Origin: an uncultured Gammaproteobacteria bacterium
GTDB lineage: Bacteria; Patescibacteriota; Patescibacteriia; Veblenbacterales; UBA10138
DNA: 64,000 nucleotides
Direction of reading: 5' to 3'
Assembly (NCBI GenBank): GCA_964348825.1
Contig: CAYGDX010000002.1
Location: forward strand, 195,013 to 259,012
Shown: positions 19,982 to 31,255 of the stretch, one piece after another
Layout: every line of letters begins with the position of its first letter
Numbering within the stretch: position 1 is the first letter of the stretch
Position numbers and translations under genes: made by a program
Notes under the pieces: model-generated
The model's input: the letters and a program-made list of their open reading frames with translations, nothing else
Database searches by the model: none
What the model was told of the DNA's origin: nothing

Positions 19982-22876
19982 CTACAAAACCTTCCTCAAC
20001 CACTGCCCGGTATAACTGCATTTCACTTTGGCTACTTCGCGTGGTGTGCCGCAAGCTACAATCTCGCCACCCTTATCGCCGCCTTCTGGTCCAAGGTCAA
20101 TAATCCAATCGGCACATTTTATAACATCTAAATTATGTTCAATCACCAGCACAGTATTCCCCCGCTCCACCAGTTCATTGAGAACCTGGAGTAGCCGCTT
20201 TACATCTTCAAAATGAAGTCCAGTCGTTGGTTCATCTAAAATATAAAGTGTGCGACCAGTGGAGCGACGTGAAAGTTCAGTCGCTAATTTTATTCTTTGT
20301 GCTTCACCACCCGAAAGTGTAGTAGCACTTTGACCTAAATGAATGTAACCTAAGCCCACCTCACAAAGCACTTTTAATTTATCGCGCACTTGCGGCACAT
20401 TTTCAAAAAATGTGGCGGCCTCTTCAGCTGTCATTTGCAAAACATCAGAAATATTTTTTCCCTTATAATGAATTTCCAGCGCTTGACTATTGTAACGCTT
20501 ACCATGACACTCTTCACATTCTACATAAACGTCAGGCAAGAAATGCATTTCAATCCGCACCAAACCATCACCTTCGCAGGCCTCACAACGCCCACCTTTT
20601 ACATTGAATGAAAATTTACCCGGATCATAGCCGCGAATTTTGGCTTCGGGTAACTGCGAAAATAAATCACGAATTGGTGTGAATACGCCAGTGTAAGTAG
20701 CAGGGTTTGAGCGTGGCGTGCGACCAATAGGACTTTGGTCAATATCTATTACTTTATCAATATGCTCTAATCCCTTTATTTGCTTATGCTTACCCGGCAA
20801 TTCTTTAGCATTATAAAAATGTTGGGCCAATGCTTTCGCTAAAATTTCAGTCATTAAAGTAGATTTGCCCGAGCCCGAAACACCAGTAATACAAACTAGC
20901 TTCCCTAAAGGAATTTCTACTTTAATATTTTTTAAATTAAATTCTGAAGCGCCTTCAATTATTAATTGTTTGCCATTGCCAGTATGAAATTTACTGGGTG
21001 CGGCAATTTGCAAACGCTTAGATAAATATTGACCAGTTAATGATTTTTTATCACGCGCTACTTCTTGCGGCGTGCCTTGCGCTACTACTTCACCACCGTG
21101 TTTACCCGCCCCTGGTCCAATATCAATCAATTGATCAGCCGCCATCATTGTTTCTTCGTCATGCTCCACTACTAATACTGTATTTCCTAAATCACGCAAA
21201 CGTTTAAGCGTGGCGATTAATTTATCATTATCGCGTTGGTGTAAACCAATTGATGGTTCATCTAAAATATAAATCACACCCACCAAGCTTGAACCAATTT
21301 GAGTAGCCAGTCGTATGCGCTGAGCTTCACCGCCCGAAAGTGTGGCGGCCGCGCGATCCAAAGTTAAGTATTCCAAACCCACATCAGCCAAAAAAAGTAG
21401 GCGCGCTTTTATTTCTTTAATTACCTGACGCACAATTTTTAATGCTCGTTCGCTTAATTTATTTTCTAAAATATTAAAAAACTCCACGGCAACACTCACC
21501 GACATTTTAGCCACATCAGAAATACTTTTATCTAAGAGTGTTACCCCAAGCACTTCGGGCTTCAAACGCTTACCATTGCACTCTGGGCAAGGCCACACGC
21601 GCATATAACGCTCAATTTCACTGCGCATATAGTCGGATTCGGTTTCTTTATAACGGCGCATTAAATTCGGAATCACGCCTTCAAAAGTAGTAAAAAACTC
21701 ACGCACTTTACCGCCCATGCTACTCCCCGCATTCACATTATAATTTTGCTCGCCCGTACCATAAAAAACAATTTTCAAATCTTCGCGTGATAATTTACTC
21801 ACTGGCTCAAGTAAAGAAAATTTATGTTCCCGCGCCACCGCTTCTAAAATTCGATAGTACCAAGTTTGATTAGCGGAAGTGCGCGACCACGGCCGAACTG
21901 CCCCTTCAGCAATTGATAATCTTTTGTTGGGAATTACTAAATCAGGATCGACTTCTAATTTAGTACCAAGGCCGGTGCAAGTGGAACACGCGCCATGCGG
22001 TGAATTAAAAGAAAAACTACGCGGCTCAATTGAGGGCAAATCAAGCGAACAATGTGGACAAGCCAAATGTTCACTAAATAATAATTCATTATTATTGCTT
22101 GATGACTTAACACGCACAATGCCGTCACCCAAATCTAAAGCCGTTACTAAAGAATCATGTAGTCGTGTAATATCATCTTTATCGGTTGATACAATTACTT
22201 TATCTACTGTAACTTCAATGGTGTGGCGTTTTTGTTTATCTATTTTTTTATCTTCTACTTCATCCATACCCATATCATAACCATCAAATCGTAATTGGGT
22301 GTAACCAGCTTTTTTAAGCTCAGCTAAAATACCGCGGTGCTCACCTTTTTGATCGCGCACTACTGGCGCAAGTAAAATAAGCTCTGTGCCAAGTGGCGAA
22401 GTTTGCAAGCGTTTAACAATTTGATCCACTGATTGCTTAGCTACTTCACGACCACACTTGGGACAATGCGGCACACCTACCCGCGCAAAAAGTAAACGTA
22501 AATAATCATAAATTTCGGTAACTGTACCAACCGTGGAGCGAGGATTATGTGAAGTGGAACGTTGATCAATGGAAATAGCTGGGCTTAACCCATCAATTTG
22601 ATCAACATCGGGCTTATCCATTAAACCTAAAAATTGCCGCGCATAAGAAGATAGTGATTCAATATACCGACGTTGACCTTCGGCATAAATCGTATCAAAA
22701 GCCAGTGAAGATTTACCCGAGCCAGAGAGGCCAGTAAGCACCACCAACTTATTGCGTGGAATATCAAGCGAAATATTTTTCAAATTATGCACCCGTGCGC
22801 CACGAATGGTAATAAAATCAACTCGCGATACGGCACGAGCTGATGACTGAATATTTTTTGAAGAATTTTTTGACAT
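19982..22876 (-). CDS. uvrA: Excinuclease ABC subunit A (UvrA)
   Basis: Two ABC modules ([14 protein letters not shown] and [10 protein letters not shown]) with LSGGEAQRI signature motifs and zinc-finger cysteines. The start is most likely the internal MSKNSSK (22876); the track ORF is over-extended to 22945. Confidence 0.9.
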   Translation of the reverse strand: MSKNSSKNIQSSARAVSRVDFITIRGARVHNLKNISLDIPRNKLVVLTGLSGSGKSSLAFDTIYAEGQRRYIESLSSYARQFLGLMDKPDVDQIDGLSPAISIDQRSTSHNPRSTVGTVTEIYDYLRLLFARVGVPHCPKCGREVAKQSVDQIVKRLQTSPLGTELILLAPVVRDQKGEHRGILAELKKAGYTQLRFDGYDMGMDEVEDKKIDKQKRHTIEVTVDKVIVSTDKDDITRLHDSLVTALDLGDGIVRVKSSSNNNELLFSEHLACPHCSLDLPSIEPRSFSFNSPHGACSTCTGLGTKLEVDPDLVIPNKRLSIAEGAVRPWSRTSANQTWYYRILEAVAREHKFSLLEPVSKLSREDLKIVFYGTGEQNYNVNAGSSMGGKVREFFTTFEGVIPNLMRRYKETESDYMRSEIERYMRVWPCPECNGKRLKPEVLGVTLLDKSISDVAKMSVSVAVEFFNILENKLSERALKIVRQVIKEIKARLLFLADVGLEYLTLDRAAATLSGGEAQRIRLATQIGSSLVGVIYILDEPSIGLHQRDNDKLIATLKRLRDLGNTVLVVEHDEETMMAADQLIDIGPGAGKHGGEVVAQGTPQEVARDKKSLTGQYLSKRLQIAAPSKFHTGNGKQLIIEGASEFNLKNIKVEIPLGKLVCITGVSGSGKSTLMTEILAKALAQHFYNAKELPGKHKQIKGLEHIDKVIDIDQSPIGRTPRSNPATYTGVFTPIRDLFSQLPEAKIRGYDPGKFSFNVKGGRCEACEGDGLVRIEMHFLPDVYVECEECHGKRYNSQALEIHYKGKNISDVLQMTAEEAATFFENVPQVRDKLKVLCEVGLGYIHLGQSATTLSGGEAQRIKLATELSRRSTGRTLYILDEPTTGLHFEDVKRLLQVLNELVERGNTVLVIEHNLDVIKCADWIIDLGPEGGDKGGEIVACGTPREVAKVKCSYTGQWLRKVL

Positions 22877-23042
22877 AAAAATTAACAAATATTGGTGAAT
22901 GCGCAAAAGTGGGTTCATTATATACCATCTGTCAAGTATGGTCAAGGGATAAAATAAAAAACCCTACAAGCTTAGCTTAAGGGTTATAAAAATACAATTA
23001 ACTCTATGTAAAAAATTGATTAGTCGATACAAAGTCGCTTAA

Positions 23043-23300
23043 CTATACAATACTAATCCCTAATTGAATTAGCTCATTGCGTAACAAAACTTCATTAGAA
23101 AAAGAAGTTGTTATATCAACTTCAAATTGACTTTCAAAACCCTGTTTTTTTAATACTGTAACCCAACCATTCGGTGGATTTAATTTTGTTACTTCAGCCA
23201 GTGCGACTCTCACAGCGCTAGCCACAGACTCTATTGTTGTAGCCTCTTTCAATAAAGGATACGCCGATTTTATTATATCAACTGTGATACTAATTTTCAT
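23043..23300 (-). CDS. Small hypothetical protein (about 85 aa)
   Basis: ORF divergent from uvrC. Start chosen at the internal MKISITV. Confidence 0.3.
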   Translation of the reverse strand: MKISITVDIIKSAYPLLKEATTIESVASAVRVALAEVTKLNPPNGWVTVLKKQGFESQFEVDITTSFSNEVLLRNELIQLGISIV

Positions 23301-23425
23301 AAAAGTGCCTTTTATATGTTTGTTTAATTTTTTGATTCTTTGATTCAATGATTGTATTTTAATTATAACAATGTTAATACTAAATATAGTTATTGTCAAT
23401 TATCTAATGTAAATTTAAGCTTTTT

Positions 23426-25177
23426 ATGAAAACTATACATTATCAAATTAAACAATTGCCAAACCAATCAGGTATTTATCAATTCTTTGGTGCCAACAAT
23501 AAACTACTATATGTTGGTAAGGCTAAAAATCTTAAAAATCGCGTGCGGTCGTATTTCCAAAAACCAACTGCACTTAGTCCGGCTAAAAAAATAATGGTCG
23601 AAGCTATCCACCATTTGCAAATCACGCCCACTCAAAATGAAACCGAAGCATTGCTACTCGAAGGTAATTTAATTAAACAACATCAACCACCCTACAATGT
23701 GGTTTTGAAAGACGACAAAAGTTGGCTATATTTTGCGATTGATTTTCGCACTGAATTTCCTAGTGTTAATTTAGTTAGAAAAACTGGGGTACGTGGTATT
23801 AAATATTTCGGTCCATATCCGCAAGCCAACAGTGCGCGCTCGGCCTTTTATTGGCTCAAAAAAACTTTGGGTTTAAAAACCTGTACCAACCCGGCTGACA
23901 AACCTTGCTTTGCCGCGCGACTCGGGCGCTGTTTAGGTCACGGTGAAAAAATAGAACGCATTTTTTACTTACAACAAATTAAATTACTAGAAAAAATTCT
24001 ACACGGCGAAACTAAAGAGGTAATGATAAATTTAGAACAACAAATGAAATCAGCTAGCAAAAAACAACAATTTGAACGCGCGGCACGACTCCGTAATCAA
24101 TTAAAAGCGCTGGCGCAATTCAGTGTAAAACAAAATGTTTTGAAAGCAACTAAAGAATCATTTGATATTTTTAATCTGGCTGTATCACTAAATTCAGCCG
24201 CTATTTGTCGCCTACCTGTACGTAGCGGGGTTATGCTCGATAGTGAACGTTTTCTACTCGAAAAATCTACTTCATTATCCGAAGCAGAAATCATGCAAGA
24301 ATTTTTAGAACACTACTACCCGCAAGTTACCACTAAACCAAAAATCGCTTATGTGCCGATAACATTATCAGAAAATAAAATTAACGGAGTGAATATAAAA
24401 ATACCAGAACGTGGGGCTAAAAAACAATTACTAAAACTAGCTCAAAACGCCGCACAATTACACTTGGATCAAAGCGCGGCTTCTTGGGAAAGAAAAAATG
24501 TCCGCACTAAAAATGGTTTAACAGAACTCGCCAAAATACTTAATTTGTCAAAATTACCCGAAAGAACAGAAGGGTATGATATTTCTAATATCCAAGGCAC
24601 TCTGCCAGTTGGCGCAATGGTGGTTTTAATAAATGGCGAACCCGCGCCCAAAGAATATCGCAAATTTAAAATTGTGGGTTTTAAAGAGCCCAATGATTTT
24701 GCGATGCTGGCGCAAATGCTAACTCGGCGCTTTAGTGGTAAACACGATTGGCCCGAGCCCGATTTAATAATGTTAGATGGCGGATTGCCCCAACTTTCAG
24801 TAGTTAAAAAAGAGTTGGATAAAAATAATATCAAAATCCCACTGGTCGCTTTAGCCAAACAAGAAGAAATTTTATATTCACCCAATATTGCCACGCCAAT
24901 TAAACTAAATAGAACTTCACCGGCCTTACAATTACTACAAACACTGCGTGATGAAGCCCACCGTTTCGGCATTACTTTTTATAGATCACGTCATCGTAAA
25001 CAAAATTTAAAATCGGCTTGGGATGAACTGCCCGGCATCGGCCCAAAACTCAAAAAACGATTAAAAACTAAATTTGGTAGTATTAAAAATCTACGCGGAG
25101 CTGATTTATCTGAATTGACTAGCGTTGTTGGCACAAAAAAAGCAACCCGATTAAAAGAAATCATCATACACTTATAA
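23426..25177 (+). CDS. uvrC: Excinuclease ABC subunit C (UvrC)
   Basis: GIY-YIG N-terminus GIYQFFGANNKLLYVGKAKNLKNRVRSYF, UvrBC motif and C-terminal HhH. 583 aa. Confidence 0.9.
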   Translation: MKTIHYQIKQLPNQSGIYQFFGANNKLLYVGKAKNLKNRVRSYFQKPTALSPAKKIMVEAIHHLQITPTQNETEALLLEGNLIKQHQPPYNVVLKDDKSWLYFAIDFRTEFPSVNLVRKTGVRGIKYFGPYPQANSARSAFYWLKKTLGLKTCTNPADKPCFAARLGRCLGHGEKIERIFYLQQIKLLEKILHGETKEVMINLEQQMKSASKKQQFERAARLRNQLKALAQFSVKQNVLKATKESFDIFNLAVSLNSAAICRLPVRSGVMLDSERFLLEKSTSLSEAEIMQEFLEHYYPQVTTKPKIAYVPITLSENKINGVNIKIPERGAKKQLLKLAQNAAQLHLDQSAASWERKNVRTKNGLTELAKILNLSKLPERTEGYDISNIQGTLPVGAMVVLINGEPAPKEYRKFKIVGFKEPNDFAMLAQMLTRRFSGKHDWPEPDLIMLDGGLPQLSVVKKELDKNNIKIPLVALAKQEEILYSPNIATPIKLNRTSPALQLLQTLRDEAHRFGITFYRSRHRKQNLKSAWDELPGIGPKLKKRLKTKFGSIKNLRGADLSELTSVVGTKKATRLKEIIIHL

Positions 25178-25331
25178 GATACAGCTTATTACTGTTAATT
25201 TTTCTACTTACTACCTGCCACCAACTACTAGCTAATCCAACATTGACAACTCCCCATTTATAATGGTAAAAATACTAAAAGATTTTTTCAAAAAATAAAA
25301 ACTATTTCACTTTAACAACCAAAAGGACTTT

Positions 25332-25949
25332 ATGTTTACTAACTTTATTAGTTATTTGTCGTCTCTATTGCGCTTTAACGTTGATATTGAAACAGTGTTA
25401 TCAATGCTAAACTCTGCTCAAGCGACCTTACAATACAAAGATTGTTATATTTCAGTTTTGCCAAAACGAGTGGCTGAATTAAAAAGCAACAAAATGATAT
25501 TTGTATATTACTATATAAAAAACACTGAGTATTGCCTGACGGCCATAAAGGATACGGCAACTCGTTTAGAAATTAAAAAGGAATTACGATTGGCGTCTTA
25601 CAGTAAGAAAAGGGGTACTTATTGGTTTGTAAAGTTTGGTGATTTTATTCAAGCATCACCGCACCCCTGTAATAACAAAAATAGTTTATTGTTAGAGCTA
25701 AAAACTCAAACATTAACTATTTATAAGCATCTTAGCCAAAATGAAAGAGATCACGTCAACAGTGTGGTCTTTATTCCCCAAAATTTAATTGGACTAGTAA
25801 ATAGAAAAGATAAGCAATTAATTGATATCAAAGTGGTATCAGAAAGTTATTTTTACGCCTTATTCCACAGCTCATTACCGGGCGGTCAGTATATGCTGGA
25901 CGAAAAAATAGGTTATCATATGCATGAAATCAAGAAATTACTCAACTAA
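25332..25949 (+). CDS. Hypothetical protein (205 aa)
   Basis: ORF only; AT-rich with no motif. Confidence 0.35.
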   Translation: MFTNFISYLSSLLRFNVDIETVLSMLNSAQATLQYKDCYISVLPKRVAELKSNKMIFVYYYIKNTEYCLTAIKDTATRLEIKKELRLASYSKKRGTYWFVKFGDFIQASPHPCNNKNSLLLELKTQTLTIYKHLSQNERDHVNSVVFIPQNLIGLVNRKDKQLIDIKVVSESYFYALFHSSLPGGQYMLDEKIGYHMHEIKKLLN

Positions 25950-25977
25950 TAAACAATCAAAAAGGATAAAAACAAAC

Positions 25978-26559
25978 ATGGAACAATTTATTTCTATTAG
26001 GGCTTACTGTGAAAAACATAATATTAGTATTCAACTGGTCAAAGAGATTGTTAAAAGGGTGCCAGGTAGTTATAAAACTGAATACAAAAACTTTATTATT
26101 GCGGGGCCAAATTGCGAAAATGTATTATCACCTAACACATTTGAGCAAATAATCATTCCTACTACTAAGTACCGAATACTATTATTCAATGCCCCACCGG
26201 AAACTTCAGAAATCAACAACTGTTCTTGCGGCGAAACTCACGAAATAAGTGATACAATGATCTGGGGAAAGCTACTCGAACGAGGTTTATGTGAAGATGA
26301 TTCTGAAAAATGGCGCGGACAAGAAACTATTGTAATTTTTATTTTCAACTCTATACCGGAACAAGAATCAATAATTGATTTCGAAAACGTGGAAAATTAC
26401 CCTCTTTATACCGCTGGACCAATTACATTTTTTCATCTTACAGCCGAACAATCCATAAACTTCCGGCTGCACGAAGAAATTAAAGCTAAACTCAAAAAAA
26501 ATCAAGAAGTTCGAGTGTCGTTCAACCCGATAACTCATTTTCGGGTTATCATTCGATAA
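25978..26559 (+). CDS. Hypothetical protein (about 193 aa from the internal Met MEQFISIR)
   Basis: ORF only; Cys pair CSCGETHE. Confidence 0.35.
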   Translation: MEQFISIRAYCEKHNISIQLVKEIVKRVPGSYKTEYKNFIIAGPNCENVLSPNTFEQIIIPTTKYRILLFNAPPETSEINNCSCGETHEISDTMIWGKLLERGLCEDDSEKWRGQETIVIFIFNSIPEQESIIDFENVENYPLYTAGPITFFHLTAEQSINFRLHEEIKAKLKKNQEVRVSFNPITHFRVIIR

Positions 26560-26702
26560 CTAATAAACAAATCTTTTCCAATCCCACCCCAAATAATCAG
26601 GTGTGGGATTTTTTATTTTCCAAAATCCTCAAAAAATAAACTTATGATAAAATGTAACGATCGTTACATTTTATAACAATAGTAAAATACGTCACAATAG
26701 TG

Positions 26703-28838
26703 TTAAAAATAATCTTTTCCACTATCTGCCGACACATTTACAAACATTTCTTCGGGTAATTCACTTAAAAATCGCGACGGCACAACTTGTGATGTTTTAC
26801 CAAAAATTGTCCGCATACTTGCATAAGAACAATAAACATTCTCACGCGCGCGAGTAAGCGCCACATACACCAAACGCCTTTCTTCTTCTAATTCTTTTGG
26901 ATCACTAAGCGATGAGTTGTGCGGGAATAAACCTTCTTCCATTCCCACCACAAAAACGGTTTGAAATTCCAAACCTTTGGCGGCGTGTACCGTCATTAGA
27001 GTTACACCATTTTTTTTATCATCGGAGTTATCTAAATCCTGCCACAAAGAAATATCGGTTAAAAATTTAGTCAGCGCTTCTTTACCCTTCCCTTGCGCCC
27101 GCGCCTGCGACACACTTTTTAATTCGGAAATATTCTCGAGTCGCCTTTCGCCTACACTGGTACCATCATCTAATTCCCCGGTTAACCCACTATTTTTTGC
27201 CACCTCATCAATCAATTCCGCCACAGTTAATTCTGGTAATAATTTTTCCCACTTAGCAAACAAATCCACAAAACCAAGCAATCCTTTTTGCCTAGCGGGC
27301 GCTAAATTCAAACTTTCATCACGAGCCGCTTGGAGTAAAGAAATATTATTTATTTTAGCGCGATTCAAAACCGCTTCCACTGTGGTAAGCCCAACGCCAC
27401 GGGTTACACTCAAAATCGCTCGTTCAAAACTTATACTATCGCTTGGATTTTGCAAAAACCGTAGCCAAGCCAACATATCTTTTACCTCACGTCGTTCATA
27501 AAATTTTATTCCACCCACTAATTGATATGGCAACCCCGCTCTTAAACACGCTTCTTCCAGCGCCCGACTTTGCACATTAGTGCGATACAACACTGCAAAA
27601 TTATTTAAAGCCGCGCGTTCACCTTGCCATTTTTTAATTTTCATATAATCCGGTAAAAATTCTCGCACTTGAATTTTATCTTCATATTCCACCAAAGTTT
27701 CCACGGCTGGTAAAAACTCAACTTTTCGGATTTTGGATTTCGCTCGCCCGCCGATGAGGTGGGGATTTCGGATTTCCGTCAGCTTTATTATTTCCTCCAC
27801 TACAAATCTCGCCTCCGCAGTTTCGTCTTCAACTTGTATAATTTTAATTGGCTCACCCTCGTTATTATTAGTCCATAAAGTTTTGTCAGCTTTAATAGTT
27901 GCCCCCTTCATTATAGTATTACCAGCCGCTACAATAATTTTAGTGGAGCGATAATTTTGTTCTAATTTTATTACTTGCGCTTCCGGATAATCTTCTTTAA
28001 ATCGTAAAATGTTAGCTGAATTCGCCCCGCGCCAACCATAAATTGATTGCCAATCATCACCCACTACACATAAATTATGATGGTTAGTAGCAAGTAAACT
28101 AGTCCAAATATATTGCGCTTGATTTACATCTTGATACTCATCAACCAATAAATATTTAAAATTAGTTTGATATTTTTTAAGCACTTCTGGATTTTCTTGC
28201 CACACTCGCACCATCTGACCAATTAAATCATCAAAATCAAAGGCCTTATTTTTTACCAGCAACGCCTGATAACGTTCATAAATACGCGCTACATTTTCGG
28301 TAAAAAAATCATCCGCTACATCACGGGCATAATCCTGAGGCGACATTAAATCTGATTTAGCCCGCGAAATTGCATTTAAAATTGCGCCCGGTTGAATTTG
28401 TTTGATACTTAAACCAATTTCCCGTAAAGCCTCTTTAACTAATGATTTTTGATCGCCTTCATCATAAATTGTAAAATGTGGCGGATAATTTAAATATTTA
28501 GCTTCTTGCCTTAAGAAACGACAACTGACCGCGTGAAAAGTGCCGACTAATGGGCCATTTTTATCAATTGGTTTACCAAGTAGTGCACCAACTCGCGACT
28601 TCATTTCTTGTGCCGCTTTGTTGGTAAAAGTAACTGCTAAAATTTGACGGGGTTCAACTTTTTCATGCGCTATTAAATAAGCCAAACGATGAACCAAGGT
28701 TTTGGTTTTACCGCTACCCGCGCCAGCCAACACTAAAAGTGGGCCGCGGGTCGCAACTACAGCCTCGGCTTGGGGTAGGTTTAAATTGCTTAGTAATTTA
28801 TCTTTATTAATCATCGTGTTAACTATTATGTTTGACAA
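26703..28838 (-). CDS. pcrA: ATP-dependent DNA helicase, PcrA/UvrD family (SF1), with an in-frame repeat-derived insertion
   Basis: Motif I AGAGSGKTKTLVHR, motif II DEYQD, and motifs III-VI are present. The insertion TEIRNPHLIGGRAKSKIRK is encoded by 27718-27790. Confidence 0.85.
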   Translation of the reverse strand: MSNIIVNTMINKDKLLSNLNLPQAEAVVATRGPLLVLAGAGSGKTKTLVHRLAYLIAHEKVEPRQILAVTFTNKAAQEMKSRVGALLGKPIDKNGPLVGTFHAVSCRFLRQEAKYLNYPPHFTIYDEGDQKSLVKEALREIGLSIKQIQPGAILNAISRAKSDLMSPQDYARDVADDFFTENVARIYERYQALLVKNKAFDFDDLIGQMVRVWQENPEVLKKYQTNFKYLLVDEYQDVNQAQYIWTSLLATNHHNLCVVGDDWQSIYGWRGANSANILRFKEDYPEAQVIKLEQNYRSTKIIVAAGNTIMKGATIKADKTLWTNNNEGEPIKIIQVEDETAEARFVVEEIIKLTEIRNPHLIGGRAKSKIRKVEFLPAVETLVEYEDKIQVREFLPDYMKIKKWQGERAALNNFAVLYRTNVQSRALEEACLRAGLPYQLVGGIKFYERREVKDMLAWLRFLQNPSDSISFERAILSVTRGVGLTTVEAVLNRAKINNISLLQAARDESLNLAPARQKGLLGFVDLFAKWEKLLPELTVAELIDEVAKNSGLTGELDDGTSVGERRLENISELKSVSQARAQGKGKEALTKFLTDISLWQDLDNSDDKKNGVTLMTVHAAKGLEFQTVFVVGMEEGLFPHNSSLSDPKELEEERRLVYVALTRARENVYCSYASMRTIFGKTSQVVPSRFLSELPEEMFVNVSADSGKDYF
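27718..27790. repeat. Composite heptamer-repeat element with a GC-rich core, inside pcrA in-frame
   Basis: ttttcggattttggatttcgctcgcccgccgatgaggtggggatttcggatttccg. Confidence 0.7.
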
Positions 28839-28944
28839 AGAAACTACCTCGTGCTATGATATAAACATTAATTTTCCTCACCAATAAAATTTAATAGGAA
28901 TTTAATTAACCGTAGTAAATAATTGCTAATCTATTTTACCTGAT

Positions 28945-29163
28945 ATGAGTCGATATCTCCAAATCGCACAGCTAGTTATTTCAATTTTATTGATTGTAGC
29001 TATCCTCCTTCAAAACCGCGGCGCTGGCTTGGGCGGAATTTTTGGTGGTGAAGGTAATGTGTATCGCACCAAACGTGGTGCTGAAAAAATGATTTTTACT
29101 GCTACTATTGTTTTAGCTATCGCCTTTTTTGGCTTAGCCATTTGGAATTTACTGGCGGCTTAA
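28945..29163 (+). CDS. secG: Preprotein translocase subunit SecG
   Basis: 72 aa, two TM helices, LLQNRGAGLGGIFGG motif. Confidence 0.7.
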   Translation: MSRYLQIAQLVISILLIVAILLQNRGAGLGGIFGGEGNVYRTKRGAEKMIFTATIVLAIAFFGLAIWNLLAA

Positions 29164-29248
29164 CCCCGTTAGTTAGATAAATAACTTTAAACGATCAACT
29201 TGCGTTATTCGCCAGCTGATTGGTTAATTTGGTATTATTATCAATTTC

Positions 29249-31042
29249 GTGACATATTTTACTCCACCACGCTTACGTTTCGGTGAATTTTTACAACGGC
29301 TACTCGCCCGTTTATATGGTACGCGTGATTGGAAAATTGAAACTGTTTTAAAACAAGCTGGCCAGAATTTATCTGTTAGTCCACGCCAATTTCGTTTACT
29401 GCCAAGAATTTTAACCCGCTTAGAAAAGCGCACGGCTTTATTTTTAGTTTTAATTGTTCTTTTGACCGGCGGTTTGTGGACTACGCGCTGGTACAATAAT
29501 CATACTTTTGTTTTACCAGAAGTAGGTGGCACCTTAAACGAGGGGTTGATTGGTTTCCCGCGCACTACTAACCCGCTACTAGCCCAAAATCAAAGCGAAC
29601 AAGATTTAGCTCGTTTACTTTATCGGAGTTTATTTCATCACACTGCCGCAGGTGAAATTGCCACTGATTTAGTAGATAAATGGGAAGTTGATCGCAGTGG
29701 TAAAAAATACCAAATCACCTTAAAATCAAATTTATTTTGGCAAGATGGTAAGCCAATAACTAGTCGTGATGTAGTTTTTACCTTTAATTCCCTGCTTGAT
29801 AAAAATTTAAATAGCCCACTAGGTAGTGGCTTCAAAAATGTTAAAGCAATAGTAATAAATGATAAAACTTTCACCATTTCCTTACCTGATTCTTATGCTG
29901 GCCTCATTCATAACTTAACTTTTGGTATTTTGCCCGAACATATTTGGCAAAGTATTTCCATTAACGATTGGTTAAAACAAACTGCTAATTTAACCCCCAT
30001 CGGAAGTACGCTCTGGCAAATTAAAGAATGGAAAAGAAATCAACAAAACCAAATCGTAGCTGTTAGTTTAGCACCTTTTACTAACCAAAATGATACGCCT
30101 TATTTAACCGATTTCAATTTGCGTTTTTTTGAAAATAACACCGAAGCTTTAGGCGCGCTTAAACAAGGATTAATTAATGCTTTGGCTGGTTTAAATTTAA
30201 ATCAAACTCAAACTATCAGTCGTTCACAATACAACCTACACCAATTACAACTACCTCAGTACACCGCTTTATTTTTTAATACTGATCAAGCCCCCTTAAA
30301 TGATAAAAATATCCGCCAAGCTCTTAATTTGTTAATAAATAAAAATGATTTAATTGCTACAGCTTTAAATAATCAAGTTACGCTAGCTAACGGACCTTTA
30401 ACTAATTCTGCTGTAAAAATAAATAATTCAACTACCAAATTACCTGATTTAGCTTACATAGAGAAATTATTAACCACCTCTGGCTTTACCAAAAAAGAAG
30501 ATACCTGGCAAAATAAAAACGGGTCCTTAACTTTAACTATTACCGCGCTTGATCAAGCCCACTTCCGCGCCACGGCTGAATATCTTAAAACTGTCTGGGA
30601 AAAATTTGGCGTAAAAACTGAATTAAAATTTGTCTCGGCTGATGATTTATCAACCAATATAATTCCTAATCGTTCTTACACCGCCTTGCTTGCCACTGAA
30701 ATTATTGGTTTAGATAACGACCTGCTAGCCTTTTGGCATTCTTCACAAAGCTCACGAGGCGCAAATTTATCAAATTTTAAATACCGCGATTTAGACATAC
30801 TACTTGAAAATCTTCGCTTTGAACAAAATTCTGAAAAAATAAAGGAGCTACAACAAAAATTAACAAATATTTTGTTAACCGAAGCACCGGCGATATTTTT
30901 ATACCAACAGTATTATAACTACGTTATGACCAAGGATATTAAAGGGGTAAATTCAACTATTATCAATCAACCTTCCGATCGTTTAAATACTTCAGCCAAT
31001 TGGTACACCAAAACCAAACACGTTTTTAAGTTAAATAAATAA
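29249..31042 (+). CDS. ABC transporter substrate-binding protein, family 5 (peptide/nickel type), N-terminally membrane-anchored
   Basis: 597 aa. TM segment ALFLVLIVLLTGGLW followed by the SBP_bac_5-like architecture. Confidence 0.65.
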   Translation: MTYFTPPRLRFGEFLQRLLARLYGTRDWKIETVLKQAGQNLSVSPRQFRLLPRILTRLEKRTALFLVLIVLLTGGLWTTRWYNNHTFVLPEVGGTLNEGLIGFPRTTNPLLAQNQSEQDLARLLYRSLFHHTAAGEIATDLVDKWEVDRSGKKYQITLKSNLFWQDGKPITSRDVVFTFNSLLDKNLNSPLGSGFKNVKAIVINDKTFTISLPDSYAGLIHNLTFGILPEHIWQSISINDWLKQTANLTPIGSTLWQIKEWKRNQQNQIVAVSLAPFTNQNDTPYLTDFNLRFFENNTEALGALKQGLINALAGLNLNQTQTISRSQYNLHQLQLPQYTALFFNTDQAPLNDKNIRQALNLLINKNDLIATALNNQVTLANGPLTNSAVKINNSTTKLPDLAYIEKLLTTSGFTKKEDTWQNKNGSLTLTITALDQAHFRATAEYLKTVWEKFGVKTELKFVSADDLSTNIIPNRSYTALLATEIIGLDNDLLAFWHSSQSSRGANLSNFKYRDLDILLENLRFEQNSEKIKELQQKLTNILLTEAPAIFLYQQYYNYVMTKDIKGVNSTIINQPSDRLNTSANWYTKTKHVFKLNK

Positions 31043-31168
31043 AATAATTTTGGGCGTGTGGGTGAAAAGTTAACTAGTGTAACTTTTCACGGGCAACAAA
31101 AAGTTGCCCGGGCCGACACGAGCCACAGTTTTTTAATCGAGGCCAAAGCCGAGATGTTTAATAATTTT

Positions 31169-31255
31169 GGGCGAGTGGCGGAACTGGCATACGCGCTAGC
31201 TTCAGGTGCTAGTGCCCGCAAGGGATTGAGGGTTCAACTCCCTCCTCGCCCACCA
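31169..31255 (+). tRNA. tRNA-Leu (anticodon CAG), 87 nt with a long variable arm and an encoded CCA
   Basis: GGGCGAGTGGCGGAACTGGCATACGCGCTAGCTTCAGGTGCTAGTGCCCGCAAGGGATTGAGGGTTCAACTCCCTCCTCGCCCACCA. Close to the canonical bacterial tRNA-Leu(CAG). Confidence 0.85.

Noticed and set aside
29224-29496. 90-aa minus-strand ORF
   Set aside because: It overlaps the start of the substrate-binding-protein gene. Basic low-complexity product; likely spurious.
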